From Mobula hypostoma (Eukaryota), in contig NC_086100.1 in NCBI RefSeq assembly GCF_963921235.1, forward strand, positions 166,408,001 through 166,472,000: 64,000 nucleotides of DNA, given 5' to 3'. Each line of letters starts with the position of its first letter. Position 1 is the first letter of the stretch. This document shows positions 26,832 through 39,877 of the stretch, piece after piece. The notes below the pieces were generated by a model. That model was not told the origin of the DNA and did not search any database. It saw only the letters and a program-made list of their open reading frames with translations. A program made the position numbers and the translations under genes.

Positions 26832-27142
26832 ATTAAAGATTAGCTTTATTTCACATGTACATCGAAACACACAGTGAAATGCACTGCTGGCACCAACAAC
26901 CAACAAAGTCCGAGGAAGTGCTGGGGGCAGCCCGCAAGTGGCGGCATGCCCACAATTTACTAACGCTGGCCCGCAAGTCTTTTGGAATGGGAGTAAACTG
27001 AAGCACCTGGAGGAAATCCATGTGGTCACAGGAAGACACACTGTGCAAGCTCCTTAGAGGCAGCAGCAGAAATTGAACCCCAATCTTCCAATTGTTGGTA
27101 CTACAGAGCATAAAAAGAAACAATACACTACCGTGCTGCCCC
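26832..27142 (-). mobile_element. V-SINE, near full length
   Basis: tRNA head gggcagcacggtag...ggggttcaatt, V-domain, AATAAA and short-repeat tail. Confidence 0.75.
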
Positions 27143-27755
27143 CGGGTCCTATGCTGTCTGAATACCACCTCCTGCCAAACCTCAGGGACACCCTGAGAAT
27201 CTTTTCTGCAGGCATACTCAGCAAATCTATAGAACAGTAACTGTAAACAGTAAAACTCAGGAACTGTTAACTGTAAACAAACTGTGCAAATGCAGATATA
27301 AATAAATAGTAATAAATAACGTGCAGGAAATAACAATATAACAGGATCCTTAAAAGAATCCTTAAATGACTGTGGCTACCCACTTCTGTTCAAGAGTCTG
27401 ATGGTAACTGTCCTGGGAAAACATCCTCCCGTGTCAGCCTCAAAGTTGAAAAGTATCCCTGGTCATTCTAAGCCTGAGAAATTATAGGCTTAGTCTATAC
27501 AACAGTGAAGGAAGAATAAAGAAAAAAATGGTGGTGCAAGTCCTGAGGCACTTGTACATTCTACCTGATGGCAGCATCAGGTGATGGATCACAAAGATGA
27601 GATTATTCCGATTGAACAAATCAAGGAGTACAGGAAAACAGGGCTTCCAGGGGAACAGGACAGGTCCTGACAGAGGTCACAGCATACAGAAGTTCTAATA
27701 GGTTAGTAGGCCCTTGTGATGCCCTTGACTGACTCAATGGCAGATCAGAAAAAAA

Positions 27756-29285
27756 GATCTTTCAAGAATCAGTAGGTTCTGGCATTGTACTGATCTTTCA
27801 AGAATCGATAGATTCTGGCATTGTACCGGATTTCTGGAAAATTGCAAATGTTACTCGGCTATTTAAGAAGGGTGGGAGGCAGCAGAGAGGAAACTGTTAG
27901 CCTGACATCAGTGGTTGGGAAATTGTTGGAATCGATTATCAGGGATGAGATTACGCAGTACCTGGAGGCACATGACAAGATAAGTCAAAGCCAGCATGGT
28001 TTCATGAAAGGAAAATCCTGCCTGACAAACTTATTGCAGTTTTTTGAGGAAATTACAGGCAGAGTAGACAAAGGAGATGCAGTAGATATGGTGTACTTGG
28101 ATATTCAGAAGACCTTTGACAAGGTGCCGCACATGAGGCTGCTTAGCAAGATAAGAGCCCATGGAATTACAGGGAAGTTACAAGCATGGGGGGAGCACTG
28201 GCAGAAAACAGAGAGTAGGAATAATAATATTCTGGCTGCCTGCTGGTTACCAGTGGAGTCCCACAGGGGTCAGTGGTGGGACCGCTGCTTTTTACGATGT
28301 ATGTCAATGATTTGGACTATGGGATTAATGGATTTGTGGCTAAGTTTGCTGATGATACCAAGATAGGTGGAGGAGTGGATAGTGTTGAGGAAACAGCCTG
28401 CAGAGAGACTTAGGTAGTTTAGGGGAATGAGCAAAGAAGTGGCAAATGAAATACAATGTTGGAAAGTGTATGGTCATGCACTTTGGTGGAAGAAATAAAC
28501 AGGCAGACTATTATTTAGTTGGGGAGAGAATTCAAAATGCAGAGATGCAAAGGGACTTGGGAGTACTTGTGCAGGATACACTAAAGGTTAACCTCCAGGT
28601 TGAGCCAGTGGTGAAGAAGGTGAATGCAATGTTGGCATTCATTTCTAGAGGTATAGAATATAAGAGCAGGGATGTGATGTTGAGGCTCTATAAGGCACTC
28701 GAGAGACCACACTTGGAGTATTGAGTGCAGTTTTGGGCTCCTTATTTTAGAAAGGATATACTGACATTGGAGAGGGTTCAGAGAAGATTCACGAGAATAA
28801 TTCCAGGAATGAAAGGGTTACCGTATGAGGAATGTCTGGCAGCTCTTGGGCTGTAATCCCTAGCGTTCAGGAGAATGAGTGGGTATCTCACAGAAACATT
28901 CAGAATGTTGAAAGGCCTGAACAGATTAGATATGGCAAAGTTATTTCCCATGGTAGGGGAGTCTAGGACAAGAGGGCACGACTTCAGGATTGAAGGATGT
29001 CAATTTAGAACAGAAATGCAGAGAAATTACTTTAGTCAGAGGGTGGTAAATCTGTGGAATTTGTTGCCACTAGCAGCTGTGGAGGTCAAGTCATTGGGTA
29101 CATTTAAGGTAGAGATAAATTGGTTCTTGATTAGCCAGGGCATCAAAGGGTATGGAGAGAAGCCAGAGAGGTGGGGAAGACTGGAAGAATTGGATCAGCC
29201 CATGATTGAATGGTGGAGCAGACTTGATGGGCTGAATGGCCTACTTTTGCTCCTATATCTCATAGTCTCATGGTCTCATGGTCTT
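27756..29285 (+). mobile_element. CR1 LINE, 5'-truncated ORF2 (RT) with 3' UTR
   Basis: SQHGFMKGKSCLTNL, VYLDIQKTFDKVPH, FADD (tttgctgatgat ~28344), RPHLEY; (tctcatgg)n tail. Confidence 0.93.
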
Positions 29286-29664
29286 AAGACAGACAGACCT
29301 CCACTGATTGAAGAAATACCTTCTCACCTCAGTCCTAACTGATTTGCAATAGTAATTCCTGGTTTGCGACATCTCACCCTGGGGAAAACATCCTCCCACA
29401 TCAGCCTCAAAGTTCAATTGGATCCCCAGTCATTCTAAGTCTGAGAAATTATAGGCTTAGTCTATTCAACAGTGAAGGAAGAATCAAGAGAAAAAAAAAC
29501 TGTAAATGCTAGAAATCTGAAATTTAAAAAAAAACAGAGAACCATTTAGCAGGTCAGGCTGTGGAAAGAGAGGCTGGTAACATTTCAGGTTTCTTGGAAC
29601 TGAGAAGAAAAACCAGTTGAAAAACTAGCAGAGCAGGTGGAACATTGGGAACTTTTCCAATATT

Positions 29665-30540
29665 AGACTTTGACAAAGTTCCACTATGGAGTTAGTCAAG
29701 AAGGTTCAGGCACTTGGCATTCAAGATGAGACAGTAAATTGGATTCGACATTGGTTTCGCGGAAGAAGCCAGGGAGTGGTAGTAGATAGTTGCCTCTCTG
29801 ACTGGAGGCCTGTCACTAGCATTGTGCCACAGGGAGCAGTGCTGGTTTCATTGTTGTTTGTCACCTATATCAATAATCTGGATGATAATGTCATAAACTA
29901 GATCAGCATATTTGTGCAGGACATCAAGATTAGGGGTGTACTGGACAGCGAGAAGGCCATTAGAGCAGCAGGATCTGGGTCAGCTGGAAAAATGGGCTGA
30001 AATATGACAAATGAAATTTAGTCCAGACAAGTGTGAGGTGTTGCACTTTAGGAGGACAAACCAGGGTAGGACATTAAGTGAACTGTAGGGCAATGAGGAG
30101 AGTGGTAGAACAGAGGGATCTGGGAATACAAGTCCATAATTATTTGAAAGTGGCATCACAGGAAGATAGGGTCACAAAGAGAGCTTTTAGCACAATGGCC
30201 TTCTTAAATCAAAGTACTGAGCATAGGAGTTGGGATGTTATGTTGAAGTTGAACAAAGTATTGGTGAGACCAAATTTAGAGTATTGTGTACTTACCTACC
30301 TATAGGAAAGATATCAATAAGATTGAAAGGGTACAGAGAAAATTCACAAGGACGTTACCGGGAATCAAGGTCCTGAGTTATGGAGAAAGGTTGAATAGAT
30401 TTTAAGACTTCATTCACCCAAACGATGGTGAATCTCTGTGAGCTTCTTTCCCAGCAACTGTTCAGGTCCGTTAATGATTTCTGCAAAACTGAGTTAGATT
30501 TTTTGGATGTACGAGATATGCAGGTTAGAGCAGGAACATG
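29665..30540 (+). mobile_element. Older CR1 RT fragment
   Basis: FDKVP, VPQGAVL, QRDLG, VRPNLEYCV motifs with stops and frameshifts. Confidence 0.8.
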
Positions 30541-30544
30541 ACTT

Positions 30545-32420
30545 TGAATTGAATTGACTTTACTTCTTACATGTATGTGAAGGATGAGGAGTAAAAATCT
30601 TTATGTTACACCTCTGTCTAAATGTGCAATCATAGTGATTTATAATAATTTATAATAAATAGAACAGTCAATGAAATATAGAGTACACTCAAACCAGCGT
30701 GAGTAAATCAATCTGATGACCTGGTGGAAGACGCTGTCCCAGAGCCTGTTGGTCCTGGCTTTTATGCTGCGGTACCATTTTTCAGATGGTGGCAGCTGGA
30801 ACAGTTTGTGGTTGGGGTGACTCAGGTCCCCAATGATCCTTCTGGCCCTTTTTTCACACCTGTCTTTGTAAATGTCCTGAATCATGGGAAGTTCACAACT
30901 ACAGATGCACTGGGCTGTCCGCACCACTCTCTGTAGAGTCCTGTGATTAAGAGAGGTACAGTTCCCATACCAGGCAGTGATGCAGCCAGTCAGGATGCTC
31001 TCAGTTGTGCCCCTGTAGAAATTTCTTAGGAAGGCGGCAGAGGCAGTAGAAGAAGCAGAGTCCCAACTTCGCCACAGAGACGTTGTCGGAATAGTGAGTA
31101 AGGACAGACAAGGCCTGGGATGGGAGTCAACAATCAGGTGGAGGGAGGCCAACCCTAAGGACAGACGGCACTTGGTCCAGCAGGAGATAAGAAAGAAAGA
31201 GGAGGAGGCTAGATATGTGCGGGCAGTGGAGATAGGGAGCCAAGGGACTTGAACAAAGTGGGAAACAGAACAAAGAGTGTTGACACAGGATGACATATGG
31301 AAATATACATCTTTCCAACTTCAGTTCCTACTGAGGGCTGTGTGTGATGTATTACCAACTCCAACAAACCTATGGAACTGGGGAATTACAGAAGACCCAA
31401 CGTGCCATCTGTGCCAGAAACCAGCCAACCTAGAGCATATCTTTTCCTCATGCCAGGTTGCCCCTTCCCAAGGCCGGTACAGATGGAGACACGACCAGGT
31501 TTTGAGAACACTCGCCTACACTTTGGAGACAGAGAGGGAAAAGGACCACAAAAAGGACAGCCAACCAAACTTCATCAACTTCATCAGGACCTGGGAACAT
31601 GCTGCAGCAACAAACAGGTGTAGAGACGGTAACCTGAGCATGGCAAAGTACTGGGAGATGAAGGTCGATCTTGAAAAGAGGCTGGTGTCCCACCAATAGT
31701 ACAGACCACACTTTGACCAGACGTTCTACTATTGTCAGAGAGTGCAAAGAAGCTCGTGGTGATAGGGGTAACAGTACCATGGGAGACCCGATGCTGAGAG
31801 GCTCACGAGAGGAAGCTTGTCAGGTACGAAGACCTGGTGGCAGACTGCAGATGGCAAGGCTGGCAGACGTAGAACTTCCCTGTCGAAGTGGGGGCAAGAG
31901 GATTTCCCGCCATGTCATGCTGGAAGATGATGGCAGCTTTAGGGATAGAAGAGAGAACGAGGAAGAGAGACGTTAACACCATGGCCCAAGCAGTAGAGAG
32001 AGCATCCAGTTGGCTTTGGCTGTGAAGGGACGATGGTAGCTGGATGTCTGACCGTCGGGGGTAGAAGACCGATCACCTTCTGTGGTCCCACCATCCCGAG
32101 GGTATTCCGGGTTAGGGGATGAAGCGTTTAAAGACGGATGGACCCAGCTGATGACTCAATGGTCCAGCTGCAGAAACATCACAGCTGTTTAAGGTAATGC
32201 CTCAATTGTCTGAGGTGAACGAGGCACTGTTGTGCCCTTTTCACCACCCAGTCGGTGTGTGCAGACCACGTGAGGTCCTCGGTGATGTGCATGCGGAGGA
32301 ACTTAAAGCTGTTTACCCTCTCAACCCCAGATCCATTCATGTCAATAGGGGTTAGCCCATCTCCATTCCTCCTGTAATCCACAACCAGCTCCTTTGTTTT
32401 TGCGACATTGAGAGAGAGGC
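30545..32420 (-). mobile_element. Rex1/Babar LINE 3' portion interrupted by a Hero element
   Basis: NFYRGTTESILTGCITAWYGNC...HPNHKLFQLPPS (30640-31030) and ERVNSFKFLRMHITEDLTWS (32190-32400). Confidence 0.85.
31031..32185 (+). mobile_element. Hero-clade (restriction-like endonuclease) non-LTR retrotransposon, 3' fragment
   Basis: CHLCQKPANLEHIFSSC (CCHC), GRYRWRHDQVL, then in another frame PDVLL...VTVPWE...AHERK...PVEVGARGF (PD-(D/E)xK endonuclease). Confidence 0.82.
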
Positions 32421-33490
32421 TGAAGCAAAAGATTGTGATCCTGCTGAGAGGCTGAAGAGACAGAAGGAGCCGAATAGCCTACCTCCTCTTCTGTTCTTAT
32501 TGAACATGGGCACCAGCGTGATTTCTGTGTGCCCTCAAGCTGCAGTAATGATTGCAACCTCATACAGGGTCAGGGCTGCTGATGCAGATTGTGCAACTGG
32601 CTTCCTGTTATCCACCCTCACGGTTAAATCAGAATTCGAATTCCCAGAGCTGCAGAGGTTGTTGTTCCAGTCAGCAGGGCACCACAGAGTGGCACAGTCT
32701 TGAATCCAATGTTAATGAGTACATGCTTGCTTTGCTAATATCCTCATTAATGCAAGAGCACAATGCACTTGCAAACTACTACCAGACCCTGAAGCCTTAC
32801 GCTGCACACAAGGCAGTGCTGGGTTGAGTCAGCAACAAGCGAGCTGTCTCAAATCCCAATGCCTCCCGCATTTACAATCAAATACAGGGTAACAGGAAGC
32901 TTCTCAAAATTCTCATCCTCGTTTTCCCACTACTTTTGTATCCTCATCAGATCCTGTTTTCTAATCCCCTCCAGTCCCTCCCTGAGGTATATGGACCCCA
33001 GGAACCGAAACCTCAAGGCTGATCCTTTACTGTACTAACCCCATGTATTTTGACATCTTTAGTGTCTAAAATCTCTTCGACCTCCATCTCCAATATGCTC
33101 CAGCATCTGAGCCTCCACAGTCTGCCTGTGGGGAGAATCCCAAACATTCACCATTCTCCGGGTGAAGAAATTTCTTCTCAAATTTATCCTGCATTTTGGG
33201 AAGTGGCCCTCTTGATTAAAGTCAAAGTGGAGTTTACTGAAATATGGCCATACTCCTATGCATGGGTGCAATGGGAGCTTATTTACAACAGGCACGTAGC
33301 ATCATATAAGTAATACTCAGAAGAAAAACGTAATATTCATTAAACATAAATGATGCACAATTATTTACAAGAGGAAAAACAATTTGAACAAAAACAAGTC
33401 CACTTTAGTGCAAAGAGATCAGAACAGCTAGAGCATTGCTAACTCCTGCTTGGGCTCCAAGTTCTGACATTCCCTCTTTGACTTCCAATA

Positions 33491-33805
33491 CACACTCAGT
33501 AGCCACTTTACTAGGGACGCCAGTTCACCAGTGCAAGTATCTCATCAGCCAACCATGTGGTGGCAACTCAGTGCATAGAAACATGTGCAAACATGGTCAA
33601 ACATCAGAATGGGATCTAAGTGGCTTTGACCAAGGAATGATTGTTGGCGCCAGAGCATCTCACGAACGGCTGATCTCCTGGGATTTTCACACACAACAGT
33701 CTCGAGAGTTTACAGAAAATGATAAGAAAAGCACACAAAAAAAAAATCCAGTGAATAGCAGTTCTGTGGGCGAAAATGCCTTGTTAATGAGAGATCAGAG
33801 GAGAA
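33491..33805 (+). mobile_element. Tc1 left-end remnant
   Basis: TIR-like cactcagtagccacttta and an N-terminal HTH remnant DLSGFDQGMIVGAR. Confidence 0.65.
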
Positions 33806-33819
33806 AGACTGTTCCCAAG

Positions 33820-34590
33820 GAGGACAAATTAAAAATCATATAACATGATGTGCAGGAGTTTTTGCGTTTTTTTTCCCACACAAAGAGCGGTGGGTATGTG
33901 GAACACGCTACAAAGTGTGGTGGTAGAGGAAAATACATTAGGGACATTTAACAGACTCAGAGATAGGCACATGGATGAAAGAAAATGGAGAGCCAATTGG
34001 AAGGAAAGCATCAAACAGATCATGGAGTAAGGACTGTACTGACCTGTATGTTCTATGACAACACAGGAAGGCCCTTCAGCCCACATGTTGCACAAACTAA
34101 TTAAACTTATGATGCCTAATTACTTTCTGCCTGCACATGGTCTCTGACTCACCATTCTCTGTATACCCATGGGCCTATTTAGGAGCCTCTTAAATGCCTC
34201 TGTTATGTCTGCCTCCAGCACCACCCCTGGAGGGGCATTTCAGACACCAACCACTCTCTGTGTAAAATACAAACAACATAAGCACCTCCTTTGAACTTTT
34301 CCTCTCTCACCTTAAATGCAATCTCTCTAATATTTGACATTTCTACCCTGGGAGGAAGATATTGGCTGTCCATCTCAGCCTCTCAAAATTTTATAAACTT
34401 CTAGGAGGTCCCTCCTAAACCTTCGCCACTCCAGAGAAAACAACCCTCCTTATATCTGACCTCTCCTTATGTCACAGACTGGTAAACCTCCTCTGCACCC
34501 TCTCCAAAGCCTCCACATCCTTCCTATAATGGGCTAACCAAAATTTAATCCCATACACCAGATGGGGCCTTACCAGGATTTCATAAAGCT
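33820..34590. mobile_element. Tail-to-tail CR1 3' fragments
   Basis: TQRAVGMWNTL on plus to ~34060, then a CR1 3' end on minus. Confidence 0.7.
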
Positions 34591-35679
34591 ACAATCCTCA
34601 TCCTCTCTCCCTGACTCCGCACATCAAAACATACAGTGAAATGTGTCACTTATGTTAACAGCCAACAAGGTTGTGCTGAGGGCAGCCTGCAAGTATTGCT
34701 ATACCTTCCAATGCCAACACAGCATGCCCACAATGCTTGGCACAATACAGAACGTACCATGTGAAACAAGCCCCGTTCCTCCCTCTCACTTACCCACGTA
34801 CACCAAATCCAATCCTGAGCCAAAACCTCAATAGAGATCGCTTGAGTCTCTCACACTGCTCCTCCCATCTCTAGTGCTGGCCACACACTGAACTGCTGAA
34901 GGATCAGTAATTTACAATGAAATATCTCCTCCGATAAACGCATCACTACTTGTCTTTTATTATCAGAGAAACACTCCAGTCATGGTTTGGTTAATGGCTT
35001 CTTCAACATTTCCACAGCCTGTACTATTTTGCAATGTTTCCTATATCCATTTTCCGGGATCTAAGTTTATTATTCGGTCCCAACTGAGAAGATAGTGGAC
35101 AGCTGCCTTTGTGAACCACTGCAGTCCCTCTGGTGAAGGTGCTCCTATACTGTTGTCTGGGAGGAACCTCCAGGATTTAGACGCAGTGATGAAGGAATAG
35201 GGATAATTTCCAAGTCAGGGTGTTGTGGGGATGGTTGGAGAACCTGCAAGTGCTGGTAGTCATCATTGTTCTTGAGGATAAGATGTAAAAACAAGGTCAT
35301 AGACTTACAGCATGGTAAACAGGCTCTTATGTTTAACTAGTCCATACCAACCAAGGGGCCTAACTGAATTGCTCCCACATGTCTGCATTTGGCCTATATC
35401 CCTCAAAGCCTTTCCTATCCATGTACCTCTCCTACTTCCTCTGGCAGCGCATTCCATATACCCACCACCCTCTGTGTGAAAACGTTGCCCCCTTTAAATC
35501 TTTCATGTCTCACCTTAAACCCATGTCCTCTGGTTACAAACTTCCTACCCTGGGGAAAAATCTGTGGCCATCCACCTTATCCATGCACCCCCATGAATTT
35601 AAAGAAATGTTGGGAAGTAATTTCTGGGTTATGGCTAAAGTTTAACTTTTATTTAATTGAAGAAAGATTATCTGGTCTA

Positions 35680-35806
35680 TTACCTCATGTCTGCCTGTGG
35701 GATGTAACTGCTCATGAAGATGGCAGCCCTTTTTCTCTGATTATTGGCTGTAATGCATTTTGGACTGACCCAAATCAATAAAAGGTGCTATATAAACGCA
35801 AGCCTT
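35680..35806 (+). mobile_element. Ancient DeuSINE (SacSINE/AmnSINE-like) 3' remnant
   Basis: tgtgggat...attggctgtaatgcattttgga...aaaggtgctatataaacgcaag resembles the DeuSINE/L2-type tail. Confidence 0.55.
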
Positions 35807-37489
35807 CCTTACTGGGTGGTGAAAGTAACTCTCTCTTCTCCCCTTTCCCATCGAGCAGATGTAAGTGCTGGCGAAGACACACCACCAGACTCAGGGGCAG
35901 CTTTTATCTTGCGGTTATCAGACACTTGTATGGACATCTTGTACGATTAACTCTTGATCTCTCAGCCTATCTCACCAGGGCCCATGCACTTTATTTGTGC
36001 AGCTGGATTGCACTTTCACTGTCACTGTAACACTATATTCTGCATTGTTATTGCCCTTTCCCCTTCTGTACTAACTTAACGTATTTATGTATTGACTGAT
36101 CTGTCAGGGTGGTACGCCAATGAAGCTCTTCACTCTAGGTACATGAGACAAAAGTAAACCAGTTACCAGTAATGGGAGACGCTGTGGTGATGCATTTTCA
36201 GGTGGTTCACACTGCAGTCACAGTGATCCTGAAGAGAAGGGCCTGACTTAAAAGGATGAATGGAGTGGCGATCAAACATTGTCCTGGATGGCGTTGAACT
36301 CCATGTGCTGCTAGAGCTGTACTCATGCAGGAAAGGGGAGCGTTCCATGTCACATTCCTTGTAGGTGGCAGAAGACATGCAGCATCATCTCTAATGGGAA
36401 AGGGAACCCAGGGAATGTTCCAATAGCTTCAGGAAGCATCTTAAGGACATGCCCTCATTTTGCATCCGAACAAATTCTTTTCACTGTCAAAGTCCTATCA
36501 CCTGCAACATATTAGTCTCCACAAACTTCTCTAGTCTTGAGTAAAACAATCTCAGCTGCTCCTCTTCCCAAGTAACTTAACAATGGGCCCGTTCATAAAA
36601 TGAAACTAGTTCCCTCCCACAGCCTCAAGCTCCAGGCAGCCTCTGATGGCAACTCTTTCAGCGGTGGTGGCAATCGCACCTGAGACATGTTCTCACAGGT
36701 TAAATGTTACACACTGGTGCTGGATCATCTCACTGAATTGCAGGGAATGAACCGCATTTCCCCATAATAATGGACACCCTCTTGACAACACAGACATCAA
36801 CAATCAGACCGACACCATTTTGAATTCTAAGTTACTGCAATAAATGCCACCAACTTTCTTTTAAACACTTTTGCATCATTATTTGTTGAAGTGGAGTCAC
36901 AAGGTGCCTAATCCAACCACCTAAAGAAATCACTGTGACGTTCCAAAACCCTTTCACAAAATGAATACTGCTTCAAGTATTCTGTCACAACACAATAACA
37001 TATACCTGCAATAAAATAACACTCCAATGCCTGGCAACATTTTTGTAAATTATAAGTGAATATTAACTGGAATGATCAATATCCTGAAGTCCAAGCTTAT
37101 TTATATTGGAGGGAGGGAAGATCAATCATTAGCCCAGAGTTCAATCCTGAACTCCAGTGACAAACCTCAATAGATATTATTCTGGGTTCTAGGAATCCTT
37201 GATAAACATAGGAATTTGGTTACACAGTACAAATGGTTAATCCCAGTGGTCTGTGCTGATATTTTTAGTTCAAGCATACTCCAACCCTACTTCTCTTCCA
37301 AATATTTGATCCCTTCATTCCTTTTTCCCCTTATCTGTTCATCCATATTATCCTTAACAGCATTTCTGTCCTCAACCCCTCTGAGTGGGAGTGAACCTCA
37401 CATTCACAATACTCTCCTGCTTCCCCATGAAAGATTTATTTAGGATTACTGATACCGGCATATAGTATATCGAGCATAGACCAGTACAA

Positions 37490-37692
37490 TGGACAAGATG
37501 CAAAGGAACTCAGCAAGTCAAGCAGCATCTGTGGAGGGAAATAGACTGTTGACATTTTAGTCCAGATGAAGGTCTCCATCTGAAATGTTGACTGTCTATT
37601 TCCTTTCACAGATCCTCCTTGACCCACTGAGTTCTTCCGCCAACTTGTTTCTTGCTCCAGATTCCAGCATCTGCAGTCTCTTGTGTCTCCAA
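37490..37692. mobile_element. Penelope-derived fold-back element with central hammerhead remnant (37559-37594)
   Basis: About 65-bp inverted arms ggaactcagcaagtcaagcagcatctgtggagggaaatagac / gtctatttcctttcacagatcctccttgacccactgagttct. Confidence 0.7.
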
Positions 37693-38281
37693 AGAACAGG
37701 ACAGCCTAGGAAGGATCAAGTGCCCTGAGAAGTGGAAGAATTTGCCCCGTGCCTAGCCAATCAAACATCTTTCAGCATCTTAGTAGATCTCCACTGGTAT
37801 ACGCTTGATCTTCCAAAGTACCAGCTGATCAATCATTCTTTTAACAGTTCTATCCTGAAGGTACCTGTCCTTTTTAAGATACAGTTGTATTTCTTCACTT
37901 GTGGTAAATGATCAGAGATTAGAAGGGTCTGGAATAAAAGCCAAGCACAGGTCAGGCAGCACCTGTGGAAAGACGGAGCAGCCACAGAGTCGGTGACCTG
38001 AAACATTAACAGTTCTTCACTCTCTGCAGAAACACCTGACCTGAGTGTTTCCAGTATTTCTACATTTATTTTGTTCACTTACACCTGCAGTACATAACAA
38101 ATGCCTTCACACACACTGGGGAACAGTTTAGTGCAGACCATCAATTGTTTTTAATTCAACTCATTCCCCTGTCTGACTGAATTCTAATTCCGGCCCTAAT
38201 CCTTGTCTGCATTTCTCAAAGAGCTGCAAAAAGCCATAAACTTGCATCCAAACAAACAATAACTTATAACAGAGCTCTTTA

Positions 38282-39877
38282 CACACCTTGAAAAAGTATT
38301 CAGCCCCCAAAACCTTCGTTCACATAAGTGAGCATTGCAACCAGGGATTTTGATCAATTTAACTGAGAATTTTATTTGTGAATCGCATACTCCACTTTTC
38401 ACAGTAGAACCCAAAAAACAGGGGAAATTGTAATGTATGAAAAACTAAAAATTCAAAAACTGGAATGTCAGCAGTTCAGAAGTATTCATCCCCTTTGCCC
38501 AGTACTAAGTTGAATCACCTCTTGCAGCTATTACAGCCAGTTGTCTTTTTGGATAAGTCTCTCTTAGCTTTGCACAACATGGTGGAGCAATATTTGCCCA
38601 TTCCTCTTCGCAAAATTGCTCAAGGTGTGCCAGCTTATTTGGGGAGTGGTGGTGCACAGCAATCTTGAAGTCTTGCCAGAGATGGTCAATCAGGTTAAGG
38701 TCAGGACTCTGACTGGGCCACTGAAGGACATCAATTTTCCTCATTTGAAGCCATTCAATGGTTGCTCTGGCAGTGTGCTTTGGGTCATTATCCTGCTGAA
38801 AGACAACTAACCTCCTAATTTAATTTTCCTGGCAGAGAGTAGCAGCTTTTTAAATCTAGGATCTCTCTGTATTCATCTTCCCATCAATCCTGACCAGATT
38901 TCCCATCCCTGCTGCTGAAATGAGTCCCCATAGCATGATGCTATCTCCACCAGAGTTTACAGTAGGGATGCTGTTAACTGGCTGATGCACAGTATTAGGT
39001 TTACGCCAGATGTTCCCCTTAGTGTTGAGGTCAAAAAGTTCCACTTTAGTCTCATCTGACCACAAGACTTACTTCCACATATTTACAGTATCTTTTCCAA
39101 GTCTGTACAGGCAAGGGTATGTTTTTTTTAAGCCAGGGCTTCTTCCTTGCCACTCTTACATAAATAGCCTTTTTGTGCAAGGCCTTAGAGATTGTGGTGC
39201 CGTGAACTTCATCTCCAGTTGTAGCCACTGACTTCTGCAGCTCACACAGAGTGACTGTTGGCATCACAGTAGCCTCTCTTACAGGTGCCATTCTTCTCCA
39301 GCGACTATGTTTAGAGGGACGGCCTGACCTAGGTTTTGTGGCTGTGGCTTAATATTTTTTCAACTGTTTCACGATGGATTGCACTGAGCTCTGAGGTATG
39401 TTCACTGCCTCTGAGATGCTCATGTGCCCTCCCCCAGATTTTTGCTTCCCTGTTATCATTTCCTTGACTTGACTTGAATGCTCTTTTATCTTCATTTTGG
39501 TTTGGCCTGTTGAAAATCTACTATACTATTGGACCTTACAGAGAGAGAGGGTGTTTATTCTTAGGAATACATCAAAAGCAGGTGATCCTCCAATTTTCTA
39601 CATCAAATTGAGTGAATTAGTGATGTACAGTATTGAACCTGAGGAAAATTAGCATAGTAATTACAACAGGGATGAATAAGTTTTCAGCCTCACAATTTTG
39701 GTTTTTAATTTTTAGTAAACTGTTGACAGGTTTTGGAATTTTCTTTTTATTTGACATGATGAGCCATGTTTTGTAGATTAACTCAAAAAAATCTTACTTC
39801 AATATATATAAAATTTAGAAAATGGAACAGTAAGAGGTGAAAATAGGTATGGGGGTTGAATACATTTACAGGCACTG
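38282..39877 (-). mobile_element. Tc1 DNA transposon, full length but inactivated
   Basis: TIRs (cacaccttgaaaaagtattcagcccc / ggggttgaatacatttacaggcactg) with TA flanks. Motifs ARKKP, WSDETK, QQDNDPKH, WPSQSPDLN lie in broken frames. Confidence 0.92.
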
